NCBI GenBank assembly: GCA_904063045.1
Contig: CAJFCJ010000002.1
Location: forward strand, 2,006,422 to 2,070,421
Reading direction: 5' to 3'
DNA length: 64,000 nucleotides
From: Dimorphilus gyrociliatus
Taxonomy: Eukaryota; Animalia; Annelida
The notes beneath the pieces were generated by a model. It saw nothing but the letters and a program-made list of their open reading frames with translations, was not told where the DNA came from and ran no database searches. Shown piece by piece: positions 14,151 to 25,392 of the stretch. The translations under genes were made by a program, and so were the position numbers. Positions within the stretch are counted from its first letter, which is position 1. Each line of letters begins with the position of its first letter.

Positions 14151-15211
14151 CCAAAGGAGTAAAAACTTCCCCTTTTTTTTCTTAATATCCTGTCAGAGTT
14201 GCACGTGACTTTCTTCTCTCAAATCAAATTGCACACTTTCTTCACTGTGCCAGCTACTGCAAATCAGCGTCGAATAATCCAGTTGTAAGAAATCGTAACA
14301 TTTGTATTATTTCAGGTAGAAAAGACAAGATTGATTTTACTGGTCAACGATATGGTTTAGAACTGCTGGTTATATTTTTGCAAGTGTTTCAACAGGCCGA
14401 TATTGATCGATGGGCCTGTCATGTAAAGCCCTCCGCAGAAAATTCTAAGGATAGGAATTAAAATATAGGACATTCATTATTTCAATAGTATATTCTTATA
14501 AGAATAGAAAAAAAGAGGTATTTTACCCTTTTATAGGCTAAGTTTAAAATTTAAAAATAGATCCTAAATTGCTCTGTGATTTAGAAAAATATTGAATATT
14601 TCCTTTGAAACTATCAAGAATTTCTTCCTATTAGAAAGCATTGCTAATTTGACAATCATAAATGACGCTAAAATCATTTATTCTTTAATAAAACAACGTA
14701 AAAAACAATAAAAATCTAAAAATCAATGTTGTTGTCACTTTTATAATGGCAAGGGACAAAGTTCTTAAAGTTGGCTAATATTGAGGACTTTCTTAAATAC
14801 TTTATTTAGATAAGCAGTTTAACTATATACTATGTATACGTTGTTTCTGCAAGGGTCTTACATAATATATATTTTAGGGAATATCATCCTTAAATGAAAA
14901 TATCTTTGTCTTCTGTTTTTTTCCAAAACAGAAATATTAAAGTCTTTACGAGGAAACTAGAGAACGTTATCCGCTTCTCTATTTTCCTTTAGATTTTATA
15001 TAGAAAAAGAGATGGTTACAGTATAAAAAGTCACTTGGACTATTAAATTGACATATATACATATACTATATATGTGTATATAAGTCAATTGTACTAATTT
15101 AAAGACAAATGGTAACTACTTGAAGGAATATGCTCTTTCTTTGTAATTAACGTTAATTACGAGGAAAATACTATAAAAAGAATCATAACAATTATATACA
15201 TTGCTAATTAG

Positions 15212-16273
15212 TTAATCATTTAAGCAATAGAATAGGTCCAATTGTAAAATTTCATTGGCAGATTTTCGTTTTGAAGGATCAATAGCTAAAGTAGCTTTAA
15301 GAAATTCAATTTCCATTTGATGTAAAGTTTGCAATTTAGGAAAATAGTTTAATATTGAAGAATTAACTGGACCTTCTTCTGAGCGAAATTTTTGCAAAGT
15401 TTCATAAATAGCATCATTATGAAGATTTCGCAATTGGCCTATATGAAGGAGACAATTAAACCTATTTGGCTCTTTTAATGGATAAATCAAGTTCGATCGT
15501 AATTTGGCCTGCAAGTAAGAAATTCCAATTGACCATATATCTAATTTATAGTTGCATCTCTCTCCTTTACAGTTTACTTTCTCTGGACTACTTGTTAGTA
15601 CGTTACCACTTTCGTAATATACTCTACGACAACATTCATATTGAGAGAGGCCAAAATCAATTAAGTGACCTTTGAACGAATGTTTACCTCCTCTAAAACA
15701 GCGTTCTATTACAATATTATCGGCTTTGATGTCCTCATGAACGATACCTTCCTTATGTAAGGAGGAAACTGCGGCTAATACATCACGAAAAATGCATCTC
15801 AATTGAAAAAAATTCAAATCCTTTTTATAGCAATAATTTTGTAGAGAATGTTCAATTTTTTTCATAAAAATACTAATATTATATTCACCAAACTTAATTG
15901 CATAAACATCTGGAAAAAAACTAGAGCTATTCATTCTGACTAATACGGAAATTTCCATTTCTGCTTCTGCTTTTTTACTATATTTATAAACTTTCTTAAT
16001 TATATCTTTATCATTTATCCTCATATTTTGAAGGAAAACAGAACTATTGGAATTATTTCCAAAATATTTCTTTGTTATTAAACTTTGTAAATCTAAAGAC
16101 GTACCATTTTTATCCAAAAATGGATTATTTTGAGACTTTAGTATAATTAAATCATTAATAATTAATATATCCCTTTCATCCAACGATTCCAAATAACTGA
16201 AGTTCAATAAGTATTTATTGTAATTTTCACCAAATTTCATACATTTTTTCAGCCTTTTCTTAACAGAACCCAT
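15212..16273 (-). CDS. Intronless divergent Ser/Thr kinase, paralogue of the 12933-14150 kinase
   Basis: 353-aa ORF: HEDIKADN, DFG, GNVLTSSPEK, DIWSIGISYL, ATLAIDPSKRKSANEIL; Gly-rich loop degenerate (FGNNSNSSVF). Confidence 0.8.
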   Translation of the reverse strand: MGSVKKRLKKCMKFGENYNKYLLNFSYLESLDERDILIINDLIILKSQNNPFLDKNGTSLDLQSLITKKYFGNNSNSSVFLQNMRINDKDIIKKVYKYSKKAEAEMEISVLVRMNSSSFFPDVYAIKFGEYNISIFMKKIEHSLQNYCYKKDLNFFQLRCIFRDVLAAVSSLHKEGIVHEDIKADNIVIERCFRGGKHSFKGHLIDFGLSQYECCRRVYYESGNVLTSSPEKVNCKGERCNYKLDIWSIGISYLQAKLRSNLIYPLKEPNRFNCLLHIGQLRNLHNDAIYETLQKFRSEEGPVNSSILNYFPKLQTLHQMEIEFLKATLAIDPSKRKSANEILQLDLFYCLND

Positions 16274-16583
16274 ATGTGCGATAAAGTTCTCTTACATTCT
16301 ATTTGTCAATTAATTTACCGCTCATTTTAACTTTTATACTATAATGATATAGGTCTACAAGTCACTAATAGTATGTCCTTTATCTAGATTGCATATATGG
16401 TTTTTTTCTTCTAATTGTATTTGTTAAGGTAAGAAAAATAAAATTTTATAATGGATTATATTGATATATTATATTGTATATTTTAAAATCATGTGTAAAT
16501 ATGGCATATCATCGGGTGGACAAGTTTAAAGTGCAGATTTAGATATTATATAAAAGATAAATAACATAATAATTGTGTTAAGA

Positions 16584-19500
16584 TTAGGGAGTTTGCTGGT
16601 CGTGTTTAATGTGCCCTTGTTCATCTAAGAACCATGAGTAGCTTCTATTCCAACGTTTCACCACAACAGTTCTTAGATCTCTATCGTCACTTGGATTTAC
16701 TTTCTCTCCAGGATCAATTAGTCTTCCACTATTGTTATAGCAGACTACAAATCGCCTTTTTTCTCCGTCTTCATGAAATTTATTCGCCATAAGTTTAAGA
16801 ATATTTGACCACGTTTCCATCCTACGAAGTCCATATTCCTTGTCTTCAGAACCTTCACAAATAAATTTTATAGTTGAGTCATTTTCTATAGATGACAGTT
16901 CCTTATCAAACCAATCCTAATTTGAAAAATCAGATAATTATTCAATTAACAAACAAATATGAAAATTTTATTACCACCTCAGGTTCATCCTCATTTATGT
17001 TGGAATCTATCGAATCTCTCTCTACACTGCTGTCATCGTCCCTTAGAGTCCCGAATTGGTTACTTCCGTCATCTATTACAGCTAAATCATTTCTCAAAAA
17101 ATCTTCAAATGCTAAACTGCTTATATTCGATTGATGGGTTGGTTTTTCAGGTTCAATTTCTGTGCTGCTCCCAGAATCATCAATCTCCCTGATATTCATA
17201 GAAAGCATAGGGTGTATTAGAGCCTCAAAATCGGGAAGTTGATCAGAATCAACTCTTTGTACCCCTTGGTTTATTTCTTGTTCTATGGACTTATTTTCAT
17301 CACACACAACTTGCGGAAGATTTTGAGCTGAGGGTCTACTAATATCTTGCTGTAAAACAGCTGGTAGTGGAGCCTGCCTATTAGGAGTTGCCATTCTATC
17401 TTGCTGTAAAGAAGCTGGTAGTGGAGCCTGCCTATTAGGAGTTGCCGCTCTTTCTTGCTGTAAAACAGCTGGTAGTGGAGCCTGCCTATTAGGAGTTGCC
17501 ATTCTATCTTGCTGTAAAGAAGCTGGTAGTGGAGCCTGCCTATTAGGAGTTGCCGCTCTTTCTTGCTGTAAAACAGCTGGTAGTGGAGCCTGCCTATTAG
17601 GAGTTGCCATTCTATCTTGCTGTAAAGAAGCTGGTAGTGGAGCCTGCCTATTAGGAGTTGCCGCTCTTTCTTGCTGTAAAACAGCTGGTAGTGGAGCCTG
17701 CCTATTAGGAGTTGCCATTCTATCTTGCTGTAAAGAAGCTGGTAGTGGAGCCTGCCTATTAGGAGTTGCCGCTCTTTCTTGCTGTAAAACAGCTGGTAGT
17801 GGAGCCTGTCTATAAGGAGTTGCCGCTCTTTCTTGCTGTAAAACAGCTGGTAGTGGAGCCTGTCTATCAGGAGTTGCCATTCTTTCTTGCTGTAAAAAAA
17901 CTGGAAGTGGAACCTGCTTATTGGGAATTAGCACTCTAGTTTGCTGTTGGCTTGGTCTTGTTGATCCAGCAACTTCCAATATAAAAGTTTCTAAGTGTTC
18001 AGGATCGGGATACGACTTCAAAAATTCTGTTAACAGTTTCATTTCCTCTAGACTATATAAGCTGTTTGAAACTTCCTCGGGAATACGGATGTGACTGATT
18101 CTATCCATTATGTTGAAGAATGTTGACGACATAATATCTTCATCCGGTACTGATGTGTCCATTGGTGAATTTTCATCACTAAACACGTTTAAATTTCTCG
18201 ATTTCTGTCGGGATCTTAATGTAGCAGGCATTGACATCTCGTCAGTGTAAGTAACTTCCCTAAATAAGGTATGTCTCAACAGATTATCTATCTCAATCCT
18301 TTTCTTGTGTTCGATTTCAAAAACTTTATCAAAAAAATCTTTCAGAGACCTCTTTGATGAAGTATATTTGCTTAATTTCTCCAGTATCGGAGGTCTCTTA
18401 CACATTCCTATGGTAAAGACAATTTCTCCTCGACAATCTGCCCAAGGTACTTCTCCAGTTATTACATGGGCAGCCATTATACCGATAGCCCAAATATCAG
18501 CTGCCTTATTGTATTCACCTCTTACTTTCTCTGGACTAAAAGCAAATATCGATCCTCTATAGCCCCTATGGTTTTCTGTTAGGAATCGTGACAGACCAAA
18601 ATCAACCAGCACCGGACGACCATTCCTTCGCCGAACCATGACGTTTGCAGCTGGATAGAAACACTTGTAGTATATAAATTAATTATAAACTGCATACCTT
18701 TAATATCTTCGTGAACAATGTTTAATTTATGGAGAACTGATAGTTGTTGGCAAACACCTTTAATGTAGAATATAGTTTGCTTAACGCTTAACTTTTTTGA
18801 AGTCTTTATCATAGACTCGAGGTCTTCCCCCTCAATGTACTCCATCAATAAATTTAATTTGTCATTTTCCTTAATCACACCATAAAATTGGACGATTTGG
18901 TCATCTTCCAGCGCAGCCTTGGCCCAAGTTTCGACTTCAGAGAGATTGTATTCTATATGTTTTGCCAGAACTTCCTACAGAGAGAATTGTAACTTGAAAA
19001 TGTAATATAAAAGTTAATAAAAAGTTTAGATATCTTACTTGCTTAATAGCAAAAATATAACCAGTTTCCAAATCTTTAACTTGATAGATTTTTCCTTGCC
19101 CTCCTTTATTGTTCCCCAAACCAGATAGCTGGGTATAATTTTCATTTAGTTTATATCCTCCGTTGAAAATGCTTATCTTCTTGCTCATTTTTTTCCATAT
19201 AAATCCTTCGTTACAGACTTGACTATTTGCTAAATTATCTTTAGAAATCAATAAAATTATAATATCTTACATTTATATATTTAACATCAATTTTACCTTG
19301 AAAGGACTTAAAATCTGAATATTTTGTTGTGTATCTTACTTTTCCAGGATTCCTTGTCAAACTGGAGGTGGTAAAACTTGAGGAAGAACACTCAAGTATC
19401 TCCCTTTTGAGTTCTTTTATACAGGTCTTTTCCTTATTTATTTGTTCTTCCATGTACTTCCTCAATCGGTCTTGAAATTTTGGCTTTTTGAGTCTGGAAA

Positions 19501-20956
19501 TAAAATTTATAATCTTAAATAAATGAACAAAATGATATAAATATTAAGAAATTATACGTTAGCATTGGATTATGTTTCCTTTGGAATTTGCTGTGATATT
19601 GTTGACACCAAACTATGTTGCATGTATCATAAAAACAGTTTTTCAAATGCTGAGCCAGGATTTCTAAGATAGCTTCGCACAATGCGCAAGATTCAAAATC
19701 CTTACAAGTGGTAAAATGTTTAACAGCAGCTCCGAGTGCCCCATCTATGGAAGGGTTTAACAGAAACTTGTTAATTTTTGCAATAATCTTAGGAGATAAC
19801 TGCTGGTAAGAGTCCATTCCCAAAAGAAAATTTTCTAACATTTGTTCATCTTCATCTGCTTCCTCATTATCATCCTATTTACAATAGAATTTTTTAAACC
19901 GACATACTTAATAAATAATTTACTCACTGGTTCCTTTGAAATATCGGTACGTCTTGGAGGATCTTCATCTCCTCCTCCTCCTCCACCTCCACCAAAACTA
20001 GAAAAATTAGAAAGAGTTATACTTCGTGCGTCGCTCCTTGGATTATCTTTCAAGATTGATTCCGGTTTAGTGTCGTGGACTGGATCGTTGTTTCCTTTCT
20101 CGTTAGGAGCTTGTCGTCCTATGGAACTTGCTTGTTTTAAGTTAAGAGACAAGACATATGATAAATTTTCGTTTGATTCTCGTATAGCCTCAATTACACA
20201 TATATACTGTGGAGCAGACTTCAACTTGTCATCGTAGTAACTAAAATCGCCGCTAAGTTCTGGTTTCAGTTTTACCAGGCTGTCATTATTCTCAAAATCA
20301 ATTGACTCATCATTCTGGGTTTCACCAGGCATTTCAAATGACAGCAGTAGGTTACCTTGGGTGCAACTATTACGTTGGGCAATAGTTTCTATATTGATCT
20401 TGATAGACTCTAGATCAGTTTGCTCTGTGTCTTCAATACCGCAACTTTTCGAACTAACATTATCCAAGAATGAAGAGGACCTCAAAATATATTTAGAATC
20501 ATTCTGTTTTGTACATAGCTCATTTAGAGGCGATCGCATATAGGATACACTATTACATTGTTTTTCCTTTTTCCCTTTAACCTCAACACAAAAATTGCTG
20601 TTTGTCAAAGATAGAATAGAGTTTTCGTCTAATATATTGTAAGTGGTTGACTTTCGGGTATCTATAGTTGAAATTTCGCAATGGGAATAATTAATTCTGT
20701 ACTTGTCATCTTTCCGAATGATCTCCGATTGAATATCATTTATGCATTCCGATTTTATGTCTTTATAACTTTCATAGTTAGAATGGTTCTGTTCAAGCCT
20801 CTCAAAACTTGAATACTCAACTTCTAGAACCTTAGTCGAAGAAGAAACTAAGTCAGTATCTTCGTCCATGAATCTCTTAAAAATCTCTGATTTTGTGTTC
20901 AAGGTTCCATGTGTATTTTCCGAATTGATAATTTTATCTGTTCCTCCGCCACGCAT
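16584..20956 (-). CDS. Multi-exon NIK/MAP3K14-COT family kinase with a partial TAZ zinc finger, an 18-aa repeat tract and a NIK-like C-terminal domain
   Basis: Reconstructed order: long acidic Ser-rich exon (probable ATG 20956, MRGGGTDK), exon 19558-19874 (Cys/His cluster), NEGFIW...NGGYKL, GGQGKIYQVKDLETGYIFAIKQ, IVQFYGVIKE...LLMEYIEG, HEDIKAANV, PVLVDFGLS, FSPEK, DIWAIG, repeats, last exon ending YSWFLDEQGHIKHDQQTP. The start codon is less certain than the rest. Confidence 0.8.
17346..17930 (-). repeat. 54-bp coding minisatellite, 10 full units plus one degenerate, with a 108-bp higher-order dimer
   Basis: CTTGCTG recurs every 54 nt from 17346 to 17886; encodes QQ[ED]R[AM]ATP[NYD]RQAPLPA[VS]L. 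Confidence 0.97.
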
Positions 20957-21451
20957 TGTCTCTCTTGAAAAATCTGAAATAAAAGTGAAATTTATAATTT
21001 TTATTTGCCTATTTGCCACTGTTTTGGTTCCGATTCTCTATAGCCAACTTACAGAAACACTTTTGAGCTTCCTGAAAGCATTCTTGATCAGTTGTTGATC
21101 AGTCCCATCAAGACAACAGTCATTTTTTATATTAAAATGTGCAGTTTATTTAATTATATATACAGAGTTAAAATAATTACCGATAAACCACTTTTAATCA
21201 AAAAATTCGAGAAATATTTCGGATAGTGAGCAGAACTGTTCACGTGATCGCGTAGTAATACACCAAACGAAACTAGCAATAATATCAGTCTTTTAGATAT
21301 AAATTTAATTTGTTATACATATTAGTTGTCTTTAGGTTGACAATTGGACATATTTTTGAAAAAGTTTTTGTAACATATTTTTTATCGTAATCTAAAATTT
21401 TACAGAAAAAATAGTTCTGTTTTTTCCCTTTTGGCAAAAGCCGGTCGAGAA

Positions 21452-21471
21452 TTGGCGGGAATTCGCGGGAA
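21452..21471. promoter_or_regulatory. Tandem E2F-like sites in the divergent kinase/GALNT intergenic region
   Basis: TTGGCGGGAA followed directly by TTCGCGGGAA in otherwise very AT-rich sequence. Confidence 0.35.
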
Positions 21472-22212
21472 ATATTCCATATTACAAATATATAAATTTA
21501 TATATCTATATTTATATATGTATTGATTCTACAGAATGAGACTATTTTCAATAATAAGACGTTTGACTAAATAATAACAAAGTAGATTATATAGACTACA
21601 GACGAATAGAAGTTACCTGCAAACATATGTGACCATTATATTGAACTAATTCGCGATGATTCATCTATATCTATAAGCTCAGCTAAAATTTCCTAAACAT
21701 TCCAACAGCTTTTACTTTAATCGTTCCACTTATTAGCTCTTTATCATAAGTCGACAACTGATAAAATATTACAATAAAAAAAATTATTTACTAAGATGAT
21801 TTAACTTGAAAAGTGTCGATGTTATTTTATCAAGTTAAGATAAGAAAATCGTAATGTAGAACAAAGTGACATCTTCGGATGCGAAAACAAAGATAATAAT
21901 TGGTTTTATTTTCATTTATTTCCATTTATATATAATAAAAAAAATGGCAACGAAACAAAACAATTCACCAAAAATTTCTCTAGGCATTCAATGCTATTTA
22001 AATATCACTGATAGAAAGTAGTATTGAATCGCTTAGAGAAAGACTTATTTTAAGAGAGTCATTGAAGCGTTTAGGCCTCATTCTATGTTAAATTTACTGT
22101 TTAATACCTTTATACCACGTAGGAGAATCGTCACGCTGCACGAGAATGATCATTAGCCGCATTGAATTTTAGCATTTTTTTTGATTTCATCGCCCCAAAG
22201 TAAAAGTTAAAT

Positions 22213-24736
22213 ATGCAATTTAGACTTGGCGGAGGAGTTTTTAAGATTAAACATCCACAAACTATTGTCTTAGTGATCGTTTTGACTGTTTTAACAGTTT
22301 TCATGGTCTTTAGCTTTCATGATCGAATTGACTTGCCTACATACGATGATTTACAACTTGAAAAGAGGCAGATGTTAAAGAATAAAAATTTAAATGAAAA
22401 GGATGTATATATGGATTTTGATGCAGATGGAGCCGGAGACGATAAAGAACTTTTACTTGATTATCCATTTCGAAAGAAAAATGATAATAAGCCACCTATC
22501 GAAGGAAATAAGGAATCTGTAAATGAAGGAACTATGCCAAAAAATAAAAATACTTTAAATACTGATATTAAAGAAGAAGACACATTTCCTAAACAACAAG
22601 GTTATTATATTAAAAGTAACATTGATTTATGACAAAAACGGAAGAAAATAAAATTATTTTTATTTTTTTAGAGCTAAAGATAACTTTTTTTTTCTCCAGA
22701 GAAAAGTAATATAGAGTATTCCCAACCTGCTATGAAGCCAGCTTATAAGGATAGACATAAGATTAGAAGAAAATTACAAGAAATTCTTACATATGCAGCT
22801 CCGCTTAGACCAAATGATGAACACTATAATATAAATGTTACATTGAGTGATAGAACATCTATGGATAGACAAATTAGGGATACCAGGCCAGAAGTCTGTA
22901 AAACTAAACAGTATGATGCTAAGACCCTTCCAACTGTTGCTGTTATCATACCATTTTTCAACGAAGCATTGTCAATGCTTATTCGTACTGTCCATTCAAT
23001 TTTAAACAGGTCACCTGATATGCTACTTGACGAGGTTTGATATATAAGAATTATGATCTCTTTACTGAAAGGAAAATACTAACTTATATTCTTTTTTTTG
23101 TAAAGATTATTCTTGTTGACGATAAAAGCACGGAAATATGGCTTCAAAAGCCATTAACCGAGTACATGAAATTGTTACCTAAAGTAAGAGTTATTCGTAA
23201 CACAAAACGAATGGGTCTAATAAGAAGTAGGATGGTTGGTCACAGAGCAGCTTTAGGTAATTTTGACAAACTTTAAGATGAATTTTATTTAATCAGTTAT
23301 TTTATTAATTACAGCTGACGTTTCAATATTTTTGGATGCTCATTGCGAGGCTAACGAAGGTTGGCTCGAACCAATGTTAGCTTACCTGCAAAAATATCCG
23401 AAAGCTGTCGTTCAACCTTACGTTGATGGTATTGATACTGGTACAATTGAATACTTGCCGGCTACAGAACACCTTCACGTTGGTGCATTCAACTGGGAAC
23501 TTAGGTATTGTTTGTAACACTTGCTATCAATTTTCTTATCTCAGAATTTGGTGCATCCTTTTTGCTCTATCTATGAAATAGGTATACATGGTTGAAAGTA
23601 CCAGATCATAAGACTATATTTCACCTAAATACGGGAGAAGCTATAGATAGTCCAACATTAGTCGGTTGTGCAATAGCAGTAACAAGATCGTTCTTTGATG
23701 AAATTGGCGGATTTGACGAAGGTCTTGAAATATGGGGTGGAGAAAATTTGGAGTTGGGCTTTAGGGCTTGGCAATGCGGAGGGACAGTTGTAACTCTTTT
23801 ATGCTCCAGAGTCGGTCATGTGTTCAAGAATTTTCCATACAAATTTGATGGAAATAGAGAACAGGTGAAGTATTTTTTTCAGTTCTTTCAATTTTCTCTA
23901 TTGTTTTCATATGAAAATTTTAGGTTGTAACAAAAAATCTCATGAGAGTTGCTGATGTTTGGATGGATGGTTATAAGAAATTCTTTTATGCATCTACTTT
24001 CATTTATGAGATTAAAAATACAACTTTCAATATGGCAGAGCTACAATCAATTGAAAGGTGGAAAGAGCATAGAAAGCATTTGAAATGCAAAAACTTTGAA
24101 TGGTATATGCATAACATTGTTCCAGAAATGGAGACGCCGCCAAGAGATGCTCATTTCTACGGCGAAATAATGAATGTAAGATCCAAAGCTTGTTTTGAGC
24201 TATACAACGACTATTATATTGGTATGAATTATATTTGCTACGAGCATAAGGTTATCCCATACAATTTCTTCTCAATATCTAACGCCGGATTATTAAGATG
24301 GAAAGATAAATGTATAAAAGTTCTCTTCCCAAGTCCTGCTCTTAGATTAGTTGACTGCCCTCCAATAGACGCAAATACCTCAGCTTTATACGATTTTGGA
24401 ATTTTTAAAGTAAAACTTATAGGTAATACATTATATTTATTCGCCAACTACACTTCAAATAATCCACGTTAAATCTATTTATCTTACTATTAAGGTCATA
24501 CCTGGGGTCAGCTTCGATATTATGTTAGAAATCCGAGCACTAAGAATATAGATAAATACTGTGTTGTTCAAGTTACAAATGTCTTACCCGAACATGAAAA
24601 AGAGCAGATGCCACAGATAGGAGGGTGTAGAGAAAACGATAATTTCCAAGTATGGTCTTTTACTCATCGTTTTGACTTTAATCTTTATGCTAATACCGAT
24701 TTTGCAACGAATATGACATATAAACATAAGCAATAA
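22213..24736 (+). CDS. Polypeptide N-acetylgalactosaminyltransferase (GT27), type II membrane protein with a ricin-type lectin domain, multi-exon
   Basis: N-terminal TM (TIVLVIVLTVLTVFMVF), LPTVAVIIPFFNEALSMLIRTVHSILNR, ILVDD, GLIRSR, DAHCE (DxH), DEGLEIWGGENLELGFRAWQCGG, C-terminal Cys-containing lectin repeats ending QVWSFTHRFD...; TAA at 24734-24736. Confidence 0.93.
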
Positions 24737-25392
24737 CAAGTGAAAATTTCTCTAGGAAATAGGGAAATCTGGAAGTAATAAAAAAAGTTAAACAAAGGAT
24801 GGATATATTAGAATGATATACAGTATATATAAATTTATATATATATATATATATACAGTATATTAATATATACTGTATAATTACTGTTCGTTTTCTGTTT
24901 AAAATATTGTAATTAGCAGTAAATTGATACAAATATATTTTGAAGTATCTAAGAGAAATGTTGTGAAAAATATAAATAATTCATGATTTACAGTAATTAT
25001 TCTATTTGTAAAAAGTATTAAAAAAATACTTAACGTATATCATAGAATAATCATTAGTTATTTTTACATAAAGAAAAAGCTTTTTACTTCTTTTTCTTCT
25101 TTTGCTTTATGTTGTTTTTTTGTTTATGAATATGCAAATTAGATTTTATGTTTTAATATTGCCGTTTCCCTATTTTATTTATATGAAATCCGTTTTTTTT
25201 TTATTGGCGCTAAGCCTAATTATATATTAAAACGATTTAGAACAGTTAGTCAAAGAGTCAAAGTTACAGATAATAAGTATTTAGACAACTATTCGATTCA
25301 GTGAATTCAAATACATAAAAGGCAATATTCTATGTTTTTAATACATAATTTATTATATCTTTTGAGGTCGACTAGATATTTTAGTTATCAAT

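Noticed and set aside
17346-17930. Regular repeats as a CRISPR array
   Set aside because: No unique spacers; units are contiguous, a multiple of 3 and inside a eukaryotic exon.
19835-19912. C-terminus of ORF 19835-21019 (VSKLFIKY...MNKC) as a separate protein end
   Set aside because: Read-through into an intron (CCA|GTGAGT...TAG|GAT); splicing continues into the zinc-finger exon.
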